A DNA stretch of 64,000 bases from Tubiluchus corallicola (taxonomy: Eukaryota > Animalia > Priapulida), in contig JAQGDQ010002399.1 of NCBI GenBank assembly GCA_030141605.1, positions 1 through 64,000 on the forward strand, written 5' to 3'. Shown here piece by piece: positions 10,530-20,356 of this stretch; the first letter of the stretch is position 1; the number at the start of each line of letters is the position of its first letter. The notes beneath the pieces were generated by a model that was not told the DNA's origin, made no database searches, and saw only the letters and a program-made list of their open reading frames with translations. Both the position numbers and the translations under genes were made by a program.

Positions 10530-11480
10530 TTATAGCATGTTTTCAAGCATTTTCTTTAATACTATCTGTGCAGAGTAAGTTCTGTTATTTGCCTGTGGTA
10601 TTACTATTGAGTTGGAGCTGTCTATTACTTCATCGCTTACTATCATATTTCGTCTTACAGGTAGGCAATGCATAAATTTAGCCTTGTTGGTTAGGTTCAT
10701 TTTAGCAGTGTCTATCATCCAACTTCTATCAGTGGAAAGTATTTGTCCATAGTCCTTGTAGCTCGACCAGTTTTTGGCATAAATGAAATCTGCTCCATCA
10801 AAGGCTTTATTTTGGTTGTATTCTACGGGGGTATCTTTTACAAACTCTGGAGCTAATTCATAGCCTTGTGGGTGTGTGATGAGAAACTCGTAATCCGTTT
10901 TTTGTATCCATTCGGTAAAAGAATTGGCTACTGCTTGCGGTAAAGTACGAGGATGTGGAGACCACGTGAGAACTATTTTAGGTTTAGGGGTTGATTTGTG
11001 TTCCTCTATGGTGATAATGTCTGCCAGTGATTGTAATGGGTGTCGGGTAGCCGACTCTAAACTGATAACTGGTACTCTAGCATAGTCTAAGAACATTTGT
11101 ATGATATGTTCCTCGTAGTCTTCCTTCTTATTTTGCAAATTTGCAAAGGTGCGAACACCTATAATATCGCAGTAATTACTTATTACAGGTATTGCTTCTT
11201 TTAGGTGTTCGGGTTTGTCGCCGTCCATTACTACACCAAGTTCTGTTTCTAGTTTCCAGCTGTCTTTATTTACATCTAAGACTATTACATCCATCCCTAA
11301 GTTGTAGGCTGCCTTTTGTGTGCTAAGTCTTGTGCGTAGGCTGGAATTGAAAAATATAAGTGCTATTGTTTTATTCTTCCCTAATATGTTGTGCTGAAAA
11401 GGCTTAGCTTTTAATTGTTGAGCTTCTTGTACTACTTTACTTACACTGTCAATATCTGCTACTGAAATAAATTGTTTCAT
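10530..11480 (-). CDS. argF: N-acyl-ornithine carbamoyltransferase (argF'), probably N-succinylornithine-specific
   Basis: SLRTRLST carbamoyl-phosphate motif, HPLQ and HCLPVRRN. MDGDKPEH matches the Bacteroides fragilis SOTCase-type Pro at the specificity position. Confidence 0.9.
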   Translation of the reverse strand: MKQFISVADIDSVSKVVQEAQQLKAKPFQHNILGKNKTIALIFFNSSLRTRLSTQKAAYNLGMDVIVLDVNKDSWKLETELGVVMDGDKPEHLKEAIPVISNYCDIIGVRTFANLQNKKEDYEEHIIQMFLDYARVPVISLESATRHPLQSLADIITIEEHKSTPKPKIVLTWSPHPRTLPQAVANSFTEWIQKTDYEFLITHPQGYELAPEFVKDTPVEYNQNKAFDGADFIYAKNWSSYKDYGQILSTDRSWMIDTAKMNLTNKAKFMHCLPVRRNMIVSDEVIDSSNSIVIPQANNRTYSAQIVLKKMLENML

Positions 11481-12195
11481 CTTTGCTTTAATTCTCGTTT
11501 AATTCTTATTTAATCCTCGTTTAATGATAAGTTGATGACATTATATTGAACTATGTTAACTTGTGATAAAAGTTTCTTTATTCTTAAAGTAACCCTATTG
11601 AAGACAAATTTATAAAAATTTTGGTAATTAATTCCTGTAATAAGGTGGGACAGTTTGTTTAAAACTTGAAGAAAGCAAATTTTTAGATTTCATTTGATTA
11701 AATGCCTTTCATTTTCTGTTATTGTTCTTTTGTTATATATGAAAAGTAGGTTTACTTGTTTACAAGAGGGGGGAACAACCAAAAAAAGAAATAAAGTATT
11801 ATTTGCTATAAAAATAATACAATAATTAAATATTAAAGTTTTGTTCCTTTACATAATATTACTTACAACAAGTTGTATCTATGTATATCAAATCTTTACT
11901 TCTCAAATTCTACAAAAATGAAAAATCTAACTTATATGTTTAAAAATTTTGTTTTTAGTATGAAATTACTTTTGAGCAAAAAAGAAAGGGAGTGTTATAA
12001 GGCTTTTAATTTGGAGTGTGAAATATTCTACAATGGAGATAAAAATGATATTGAACACATTATCAGCTTATTTGAAATTTACACAAACAGGAAAGCAGAT
12101 TAACCTAATTATTATAAATGAAAGTAAATAAAGAATATCTAAAAGAATGATATTCTGCTAAAAAATAAGGTTAATCTTAAAGTTTAAATAATATT

Positions 12196-13209
12196 ATGAA
12201 ATTGCAAAAGTTTGATAAAAATCCTATTCTGTTGCCAAATACTTCTAATGATTGGGAAAGTTTAATTGTATGCAACCCTGGTGCTTGGTATGAAAAAGGA
12301 AAGTTTTATATGCTTTATCGTGCGGCGGGTAACGATAAGGAGCATATTATACGTTTTGGTTTGGCAGTGAGTGAAGATGGTTATAATTTTAGAAGAGTGT
12401 CCAATGATTATGTTTTTGGACCTTGTGAGGATGGAATGGATGCAGGAGGAGTAGAAGATCCGCGAATTGTGAAGTTTGATGATTACTATTATGTAACTTA
12501 TGCTTTTCGTCCTTATCCTCCGGGACAGTATTGGAATTTTGAACACGATGAAATATTGCAACAAGAGGTGGGGGAAAATGCTCCCCATTTTTTGAAACGC
12601 AATGTTGCAAATACAGCTTTGGCTATAACTAAGGATTTTAAAACTTGGAAAAGGTTGGGACGTATTACACAGTCCAATTTAGATGATAGGGATGTGATAC
12701 TGTTTCCTGAAAAAATTAATGGCAAATATGCAATGTTGCATCGTCCTAAGGAATGGGTAGGAGAGAAGTACGGAGTAAAATACCCTGCCATATGGTTGCG
12801 TTTTTCTGATGATTTATTGGTGTGGAACGAGCCAAGTCATTTGTTGATACAAGGTATAGATAATACTTGGGAGGAAAAAATAGGAGGGAGTACTCCACCA
12901 CTTAGAACGGATGCGGGGTGGTTGGTTATTTATCACGGAGTGAACAAGGGTGGTTTAGGCAGGTATTGTGTGGGGGCTTTGTTGTTGGATATAGAAGATC
13001 CTAGGAAAGTATTGGGTAGAACGAAGGATTTTATTATGGAGCCTGAACATAATTATGAAATAGAAGGACCCTATAAAGGCTGTGTGTTCCCTACCGGTAA
13101 TGTAATAGTGGATGGTGTGCTGTATGTATATTATGGTGGAGCAGATAAGTATATTGGAGTGGCAACTTGTAGTGTGGACAAACTGATACGTTATATTTTG
13201 GAAAACTAA
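12196..13209 (+). CDS. GH130 family beta-mannoside phosphorylase/glycosidase
   Basis: NPGA, LYRA, GVEDPRIV, LFPEKINGKY.MLHRP, KIGGSTPPL.T..GWL.IYHG, VFPTG, YYGGAD. Confidence 0.9.
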   Translation: MKLQKFDKNPILLPNTSNDWESLIVCNPGAWYEKGKFYMLYRAAGNDKEHIIRFGLAVSEDGYNFRRVSNDYVFGPCEDGMDAGGVEDPRIVKFDDYYYVTYAFRPYPPGQYWNFEHDEILQQEVGENAPHFLKRNVANTALAITKDFKTWKRLGRITQSNLDDRDVILFPEKINGKYAMLHRPKEWVGEKYGVKYPAIWLRFSDDLLVWNEPSHLLIQGIDNTWEEKIGGSTPPLRTDAGWLVIYHGVNKGGLGRYCVGALLLDIEDPRKVLGRTKDFIMEPEHNYEIEGPYKGCVFPTGNVIVDGVLYVYYGGADKYIGVATCSVDKLIRYILEN

Positions 13210-13281
13210 AAAGGGTTTGCTATTTGCTTTTTTCATTTTGTAAAGATGGAGTTAGTCAAGTTATTTTAACATAAGGAATAA

Positions 13282-14880
13282 ATGGACTGGATACAAAATT
13301 TAGGTTTTATAGATGTTATTATTATACTGCTATACTTTATTTTTATAGTGGTATTAGGGGTTTTATTTGGCAAGAGTAAAACGGCAAATTCTTATTTTTT
13401 GGCAGGTCGTAAAATGACGTGGACTGTTATAGGTTTCTCTATGTTTGCGGCAAGTATTTCTAGTTCTACGCTTATTGGTCAGGCAGGAGACGCTTATAGT
13501 ACAGGAATAGCAGTATTTAACTATAACTTGATTTCTGTATTTGTAATGATTGTTTTTGCGTGGTTCTTCTTGCCTTTCTATATTAAGGCTAAAATTTTTA
13601 CAATGCCTGAATTTCTAGGACGGCGGTTTAGTGCAAGCTCGCGTTATTACTTTTCGGCTATAACCATTATTGTGAATATTTTTTTGGATGCGGCAGGGTC
13701 ACTTTATGCAGCTACATTGGTAATGAAGTTAGTGTTTCCTGATATTAGTTTTATTGTATTGGCAAGTATTTTTGCTTTGATTGTGGCGGCTTATACTATA
13801 CCCGGGGGATTGTCAGCAGCCATTAGGGTGGATTTGATACAAGGTATTGTGTTGATTGTGGGGGCTGTGGTGCTTACTTATATTGCCACAAACAATGGTG
13901 GAGCAGAGTATGTTAAGAACTTACTTGCTGATAATAGTTATATGATGGATTTGATTCGTCCGTTGAATGATGCATCAGTTCCTTGGCTTGGCTTAATTGT
14001 TGGAATTCCTATATTAGGCTTTTTCTTTTGGGGCAACAATCAACAGTTGGTGCAACGTGTTTTGACAGCCAAATCTATTGATGAAGGGCGTAAAGGTGTA
14101 TTGTTGGTAGGCTTTCTTACCGTATTGACTTTGTTCCTTATTATTATTCCGGGAGTAATGGCACATCATTTCTTCCCTAATTTAGAGAAACCTGATATGG
14201 TCTATCCTTCTTTGGTTATAAAATTACTGCCAGTGGGATTGGTTGGTTTTTTACTGGCTGCTTTGGTGGCAGCTCTTACATCTTCTTTGAGTGGTTTGTT
14301 GAACTCGGTAGCTACTTTGTTTACAATGGATTTTTATGCAAATATAAAGCCTAAAAGCTCTTCTAAGGAGAAAGTTGTTGTGGGTCGTATTGTCTCTATT
14401 ATAGTATTGATTATAGCGGTAATGTGGGCTCCTCAAATAGGTGAGAAATTTGGCTCGTTGTTGAAATATTATCAAGAGATGCTTTCTATTATGGCTCCGC
14501 CTATTGTGTCGGCATTTGTTTTAGGTGTTTTTTGGAAAAGAATTAATGCTAAGGGAGCTTTTATTGGTCTGCTCGGAGGGGCTGCATTAGGGGTTGCCAA
14601 CTTGATTTATAAAATAAAGCTAGGTCACTCTTTGTTTGGCGATATTCACTTTTTACTTACTGTGCCTTTCTTTTTCTTTTGGAGTATGTTGATAATGATT
14701 GTTGTTAGCTATGCAACAAAGAAACCTAACTACAATAGTATTAAAAATTATATATGGTCTGCCAAAGAGTTTAAGGAAGAAACACAAATACTTAAAAGTA
14801 TCCCAATATACAAGAACTATAGATTTTGGTCTTTGCTATTGCTTGTTTTCTGTGTAATAGTATTGATTGTGTATAGGTAA
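13282..14880 (+). CDS. Sodium:solute symporter (SSS/SLC5) sugar transporter
   Basis: YFLAGR, SMFAASISS, TMPEFL.RRF, GGLSA....D..Q and QQLVQRVL, with about 13-14 TM helices. Confidence 0.92.
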   Translation: MDWIQNLGFIDVIIILLYFIFIVVLGVLFGKSKTANSYFLAGRKMTWTVIGFSMFAASISSSTLIGQAGDAYSTGIAVFNYNLISVFVMIVFAWFFLPFYIKAKIFTMPEFLGRRFSASSRYYFSAITIIVNIFLDAAGSLYAATLVMKLVFPDISFIVLASIFALIVAAYTIPGGLSAAIRVDLIQGIVLIVGAVVLTYIATNNGGAEYVKNLLADNSYMMDLIRPLNDASVPWLGLIVGIPILGFFFWGNNQQLVQRVLTAKSIDEGRKGVLLVGFLTVLTLFLIIIPGVMAHHFFPNLEKPDMVYPSLVIKLLPVGLVGFLLAALVAALTSSLSGLLNSVATLFTMDFYANIKPKSSSKEKVVVGRIVSIIVLIIAVMWAPQIGEKFGSLLKYYQEMLSIMAPPIVSAFVLGVFWKRINAKGAFIGLLGGAALGVANLIYKIKLGHSLFGDIHFLLTVPFFFFWSMLIMIVVSYATKKPNYNSIKNYIWSAKEFKEETQILKSIPIYKNYRFWSLLLLVFCVIVLIVYR

Positions 14881-14992
14881 GAAATTTTATTTATTTGTTC
14901 TTTTGTTTTGGCAATAGTATGTAAACTTAGGTAATTGTATACTTAACCAACTGGATAACCTTTGAGTAAGAGAATAAAAAAGTTTAAAGAAA

Positions 14993-15166
14993 GCCTATAA
15001 CTTTGTTACAGTTCCTGTTGTGCTGTTTTTTTACCAGAACAGTTACACCGGGCAAAGGCTGTGCCTCTGAGTCAAGTACCCTACCTGTAATATTTTGTGC
15101 TTGTAAGAGAGTGAAAATAGGTGTTAATACTAAAAGGATTAACACGTGAAAAGCTGGTTGTTTCAT
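14993..15166 (-). pseudogene. SusC/TonB-dependent receptor N-terminal stump
   Basis: Signal peptide + AQNITGRVLDSEAQPLPGVTVLVK. Removing one A from the A7 run restores VLVKNSTTGTVT, the usual SusC N-terminal extension, which then meets a stop. The remainder of the gene is absent. Confidence 0.75.
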
Positions 15167-15343
15167 ATTAGTTTAGTTTGATATTATAGGTTGATATTGG
15201 GTACTGAAAAAGGTGGGTTCTTTTGATTGGGTAAAAGTAGATATATAGCTTTTTCAACTCTAATATTATTTTTACATAAAATGGTATTTTATTGTTTATT
15301 TTTATATTTGGAAAAACAAAAAGAAGAAATTAAGGTTTTTACT

Positions 15344-16198
15344 ATGTATATTGAGCGTGAAGTAACCCCTATAACAGATGATGATTTTTTTGTGCTTTTA
15401 GACCAAAAAAAAGCCAAATTTGACTATCCCTTACACTACCATCCTGAATATGAACTAAATTTAGTGCAAGGAGTAAGTGGCATACGAACAGTAGGAGATT
15501 CCGTAGAAGAATTTACTGATTTAGACTTAACATTAGTAGGGCATAGAATGATACATCGTTGGAATGCAGAAAGTAACAAAGCACATGTTATTACTATACA
15601 ATTTAATGCTAATTTATTTAGCTCTAAGATTTTAGCAAGAAGAATATTTACCCCCATTGGTACACTATTGCAAGAATCTGCACGAGGTATACATTTTTCC
15701 AATTCTATTGTTCTTCAAACTATAACAAGCATCAAAGAACTGATGAATATTAGTGGGTTTGAAGCAGTGTTGAAATTTTTGTCTATTTTGTATGATCTTG
15801 CTACTTCTCGTCATCAAAGACCTCTTGCTAGCTTAGGTTTTACAGGTAGAGTAGAAAATTCTAAAAGCAGGAGAATACAAAAAGTAACAGAGTATATTAT
15901 AGAGAACTACCAGAAAGAAATAAAATTAAAAGACCTCGCAGACATTGCCCATATGACAAGGTCATCTTTTAGTGTTTTTTTTAAAAAGAGGATGAAAAAA
16001 AATATATCCGAATACATTTTGGAAATTCGCTTAGGATATGCTACTAAGTTGTTGATAGAAACTAGTATGAACGTAGCAGAAATATGTTACGAATGTGGAT
16101 TCAACAATCTTTCAAATTTTAACAGACTTTTTAAAAAGAAAAGAAATTGCACCCCTAAGGAGTATCGGGATAGTCAAATAGTTATTACAAAATATTGA
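15344..16198 (+). CDS. AraC family transcriptional regulator
   Basis: Cupin-like N-terminus HYHPEYEL and C-terminal double HTH (LKDLADIAHM...ECGFNNLSNFNRLFKK..TPKEYR). Start moved to the ATG at 15344, downstream of TATATTTG at 15303-15310. Confidence 0.92.
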   Translation: MYIEREVTPITDDDFFVLLDQKKAKFDYPLHYHPEYELNLVQGVSGIRTVGDSVEEFTDLDLTLVGHRMIHRWNAESNKAHVITIQFNANLFSSKILARRIFTPIGTLLQESARGIHFSNSIVLQTITSIKELMNISGFEAVLKFLSILYDLATSRHQRPLASLGFTGRVENSKSRRIQKVTEYIIENYQKEIKLKDLADIAHMTRSSFSVFFKKRMKKNISEYILEIRLGYATKLLIETSMNVAEICYECGFNNLSNFNRLFKKKRNCTPKEYRDSQIVITKY

Positions 16199-16284
16199 AA
16201 TTTCACTTTATTTTCGCTCCCTGTTTCACCTTTGTTCATTTTCTTTTCAGGTTGAGTGCTAAGTATTCTAACAGAGGTATATCT

Positions 16285-17238
16285 TTAACCTTCAACTTTT
16301 ATAGATTTCTTAAATTTCTCATAGTTTTCCACCTCTTGGTTGATGTACCTTTTTTCTCCTTGTTCTTCGATATTCATCTTTTTATTTATTTCTATGTTGC
16401 ATTTATATTCAAAGGTGGCGTTGCCAGAAAGTATCACCGTTATTTTGTCATTTTCTTTTTGGGGCTTGCACCTTACTTTACCTCCTTTGTTATACACATC
16501 TACCCATTGGTTGAAAGACGTTTTTGCCAATAAGCACATTGTAATACTAGAGGCCATTGCAGTGCCACAGGCATTTGTAAGTCCCACACCTCGTTCGTAA
16601 GTGCCAGTAAAAATAGCATTGTCTCCAAGATGTTTGACAAATGTAACATTCACCCCCTGAGGTAGTATCGATGAGTGGTTGTTGGCTTGCTTACCTACTT
16701 CTAATGTAAGCTATAATCTATCTTATCTACTATGGCTACTATATGAGGATTACCAAGGCTAAGTGCCGTAAATCGTAGCTTTTGAAAAGCTCCTTTATTG
16801 GTTGATTGATAAAATCTAAGGAGGCGATAGTTAATGGTAGCTCTTTGGGGGCGAGGCTTACGTTATGTATTAATACGCTGTAAGTTTTATATTTTCAAAC
16901 AAGTCAGCATCTTTATTCATTGGCAGGTTGGCTACCTTAGTTTCTATGTTAAATTTGTTTAGCGATAATAGTTCTGATGCGTACCTACCTATACACCTTG
17001 CCATTGCCCACATTTCGGGTTCGCTACCGTCAGCGTTAAATATTCTCATCTTAGCATCGGCAACTTTACTTTTTTGGAAGAATAGTGTGCCATCTGCCCC
17101 TATGCTATTTTTTCTATTACAGAGGTTTTTAGTAAGTTTTTTCTGTCTTCATTAGAGAAGTTGTAACTGTTGTTTGTATTCGTTTATCAATATAAAATCG
17201 TTATCAGAGCCGTGGCATTTCAGTATTTCAACTTTCAT
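16285..17238 (-). pseudogene. dapF: Diaminopimelate epimerase, multiply frameshifted
   Basis: Minus-strand fragments in different frames: MKVEILKCHGSDNDFILI (ATG 17238), MRIFNADGSEPEM[C]GNG (broken), ALSLGNPHIV, and ERGVGLTNACGTA...GNATF (16285-16653). Confidence 0.85.
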
Positions 17239-17396
17239 TGTTTTATTTTTTTTTTACAAGAAATGAAGGTTATTTTTTGTAGTCTGTTGTATTGATTTCT
17301 TTCAATTTTTTATTAAAAAAGAATCAAAATTACAATTTTTTTGTTAACTCTTTCGTTTATACTTTCAAAATCAATTAACTTTTAAACCTAATTACG

Positions 17397-18247
17397 ATGA
17401 AAAAATATACTTTAAACTTAGTTTTTATTATCTTTTTGTTTTTATTTAGTGTAAATTCGTACTCTAGTGAGAAAATTAACAGACAATTGTTCCGCTTGGC
17501 TTCTAAGAAGTCTCCGGACTTGGAAAAGATAGATAAGCTGTTAAGCGATAGCAATGTAAATGTAAATTGTAAATTTCTAAACAGACCTCTTTTAATGGTT
17601 GCTGCATCTAAGGGCAATGTAGAGGTTTTGAGAGTTAATAGCACGCTTTAAAAATAGATTATAAACATAAAAAACAATAGGGGGCAAACAGCATTAATGA
17701 TAAGCTTTAAATAAAGAATTATGAAATAGCCAAATTGTTATTAAATCATAAAGGACCTTGATATAAACTTGTACGATAAGAATAGACATACAGCTCTTTT
17801 TTTTTTATCTGGTGAATGTGCAAATTCTATTTGAAACAGAAAGAACAGAGAATCAAGATGAAGAAAAAATTAACGTTGTTGAGCTTTTTCTGGCAAGGGA
17901 CGATTAAAGTCAACCAGTTAGATAGTAAACAAGGAACAGCTTTACTTTTTGCAGCAGGTTTGTGCGAGAAACTACTGTTTAAGGCTTTAGTTAAAGACAT
18001 AAGAACAAAAATAAATATTCAGGCTGAAAACAAAGAAACACCACTTAGCTTATTGTTGCAATGCCCTTTTGCAATGGAAGAAGATAAAGAAGAGATGGTC
18101 GAGACTTTCTTAACCAGACGAGAAGCAAATATTTGTGTAGAAATGAAGAATGGAAAAACGGCTCTTGATATAGCTTATAAGAAAAACTATACTGGTATTA
18201 TTGAACTTTTAGAAGAAAGTCCTATTTTAGCAGAGTTTTTGTGGTAA
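17397..18247 (+). pseudogene. Secreted ankyrin-repeat protein, frameshifted paralog of the downstream gene
   Basis: ORF pieces 17397-17651 and 17816-18247 align with 18395-19228 (e.g. GNVEVL, ALLF.AGLCEKLLF..LVK, ETPL.LLL.CPFA.E.DKEEMV, TALDIAY). The intervening DNA carries homologous codons in shifted frames. Confidence 0.85.
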
Positions 18248-18394
18248 AACTATAAAGGTAATATTATGTATTAGTTTCCTAAGGTCTTTATTTTTGTATT
18301 TAAAATCAGCCAGTTTTTTATTTATTTTATACGAAGTAAGTTTTTTAAATTGAAGTTTATTTTTTGTAAAGGGGATTTTAATTTTTTAAAGAAA

Positions 18395-19228
18395 ATGAAA
18401 CGATATATTGAGATTTTAGTTGTTATCATTCTTTTGTTAGGGATTAGTATAAACTCTTATTCTGACGATAAACTAAACAAACAGCTATATAAATTAATAC
18501 AAAAAAAATCATCGGATTTAAATGAAATAGATCAACTTTTGAGCAACAACGATGTAGATGTAAATTATAGATATAAAAATAGAACACCCTTAATTGTTGC
18601 TGCCGCATCCATAGGTAACGTAGAGGTTCTCAAAAGGTTAATAGCACACGACCAAATAGATGTAAATTTGCAAAATGTTAGGGAGAAAACAGCACTAATG
18701 GTGGCTATAGAAGAAGGCAACTATGAGGTAGCTAAACTTTTGTTGAACCATAAAGATATTAACATTAACCTGTATGATAACAATAAAAACACAGCTCTTA
18801 TTTACTTGGTAAATGTGCAAACCCTATTTGCAACAGAAGAACAAAGAATAAAAGATGAAGAAAAAAGATTAGAAGTACTCAATATCTTTTTATCAAGAAA
18901 AGATATTAATATTAACCATTTGAATGAAGACAAAGGCAATGCTCTTCTTTTTACAGCAGGATTATGTGAGAAATTATTGTTTGAAGTGTTAGTAAAAGAA
19001 CAAAGAACCAATATAAATATTCAAGCTAGAAACAATGAAACACCACTTACCTTGCTTTTGGAATGCCCTTTTGCCGAAGAGAAGGACAAGGAAGAAATGG
19101 TTAAAATGCTATTGGAGAGAAAGGATGTAGATATTTATATGAAAACAAAACGGGGGGTGACAGCTCTTGATATAGCCTATCTTAGGGAATATACCAAGAT
19201 AGTTGAGTTGTTAGAAGGCAAGAAATAG
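18395..19228 (+). CDS. Secreted ankyrin-repeat protein
   Basis: Signal peptide MKRYIEILVVIILLLGISINSYS, then repeated TPLIVA/TALMVA...G..EV.K.LL....DVN ankyrin units. Confidence 0.9.
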   Translation: MKRYIEILVVIILLLGISINSYSDDKLNKQLYKLIQKKSSDLNEIDQLLSNNDVDVNYRYKNRTPLIVAAASIGNVEVLKRLIAHDQIDVNLQNVREKTALMVAIEEGNYEVAKLLLNHKDININLYDNNKNTALIYLVNVQTLFATEEQRIKDEEKRLEVLNIFLSRKDININHLNEDKGNALLFTAGLCEKLLFEVLVKEQRTNINIQARNNETPLTLLLECPFAEEKDKEEMVKMLLERKDVDIYMKTKRGVTALDIAYLREYTKIVELLEGKK

Positions 19229-19260
19229 CTTGTTATACGCCTTACGTACAAAGATAAACG

Positions 19261-19684
19261 GATAAAAAAGCCATCGCCACATAGCCTTTTATGGGTAGTA
19301 GGTTGTTGTATATTATTTTCATTGTTTAATTCGTTAATGCCTTCTCTGGCTTCTTTTCGTTTTGTCCATATATCAGTAAGTTTACCATTTTCTATATTTA
19401 TGTACTCATCTTTACCACAGATAGGCATATGGTCTACTATGGTAAAATCACTACGAGAATATTGTGATTGTACTATATGTTCAATATCCCTCTTTTTTTG
19501 TCCATATCAAGCTTAACTATATGGATAGTTGAGTCCTCTTTTTTTTATTAAAACAGTATATAAGATACCAAGTGTTTTTTATAATTTCATAATAAATGCT
19601 AAAACATAATAGGGGGGGGCGAACGTCTATGTTTGCGTCTCTTATTGAAGTTATTTTATTGGAAAAATGGGCGAGGCGTAAAAA
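19261..19684. repeat. Direct repeat copy R1 (~420 bp)
   Basis: Nearly identical to 24087-24504. Its right part also matches 20593-20810. R1 lacks ~27 bp present in R2/R3 between two TCTC microrepeats. Confidence 0.95.
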
Positions 19685-19696
19685 TATACTAACATA

Positions 19697-19728
19697 TTTG
19701 TTTAGCAAATTTATTTTTTTTACCTTTG
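19697..19728 (+). promoter_or_regulatory. Complete Bacteroidota promoter (-33 TTTG, -7 TACCTTTG) for the TM2 gene
   Basis: TTTG at 19697-19700, 20-nt spacer, TACCTTTG at 19721-19728. Confidence 0.65.
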
Positions 19729-19735
19729 TTTCTAA

Positions 19736-19791
19736 TAATTTAAAAATAAGATAAAATAATGTTTAATTTAAAAATAAGATAAAATAATGTT
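19736..19791 (+). repeat. Perfect 28-bp tandem duplication spanning the TM2 gene start
   Basis: TAATTTAAAAATAAGATAAAATAATGTT at 19736-19763 and 19764-19791. Confidence 0.9.
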
Positions 19792-20347
19792 AGGATCACA
19801 AGATGGGACAAGTGTAACTTTACCATTTAAAAAAGATGAAGTTTTTGATGCGGTGTTGAATGTCGCAACGAAAATGAAAGGAATAAAAGTTAAGCGTAGC
19901 GATAAACTACTTAGTAGAATTAATCTATCAACCTCTGCTTCTGCTACATCATGGGGTGAACAAATACCTATTCAGCTAACAGAAGATGGAGAAAAAACAC
20001 AGCTCTCAATCATTTCAAAATCTAAAACAGGAATAATGGGTGGAGGAGCATATACCAAAAAAAATGAAGAGAATATTGAGACCTTGTTGGAAAATATTTC
20101 TAATCACCTGCAAGGAAATGAAGTTATCGTAAAAGGAGGTTCTCCTAAAAGTCTTATAGTGACCCTTTTATTATGTGTATTTTTAGGTTGGTTAGGTATT
20201 CATCGTTATTATGTTGGTAAGACCGGTACCGGAATTTTATACATGTTTTCATTTGGAGGACTCTTTATAGGTGTTCTGATTGATGCTGTTCGTCTTATAA
20301 TGGGAAATTTTACAGATAAACAAGGAAATTATATCTCAAATTGGTAA
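19787..20347 (+). CDS. TM2-domain membrane protein with a soluble N-terminal domain
   Basis: C-terminal KS...LLLCVFLGWLGIHRYYVGKTGTGILY..SFGG..IG.LID is the TM2 signature. Confidence 0.88.
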   Translation: MLGSQDGTSVTLPFKKDEVFDAVLNVATKMKGIKVKRSDKLLSRINLSTSASATSWGEQIPIQLTEDGEKTQLSIISKSKTGIMGGGAYTKKNEENIETLLENISNHLQGNEVIVKGGSPKSLIVTLLLCVFLGWLGIHRYYVGKTGTGILYMFSFGGLFIGVLIDAVRLIMGNFTDKQGNYISNW

Positions 20348-20356
20348 GATTCTGCC

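Noticed and set aside
11488-11525. Imperfect 11-mer tandem (TTAATTCTCGT-like x3) just upstream of argF'
   Set aside because: Too short and degenerate to assign as an operator or array.
11533-11562. dif-like sequence (GACATTATATTGAACTATGTTAACT)
   Set aside because: The right arm resembles TTATGTTAAAT, but the left arm and spacing fit poorly and there is no skew switch here.
11873-12103. 76-aa ORF upstream of GH130
   Set aside because: TTG start, AT-rich intergenic context and no recognisable motif, so coding status is unsupported.
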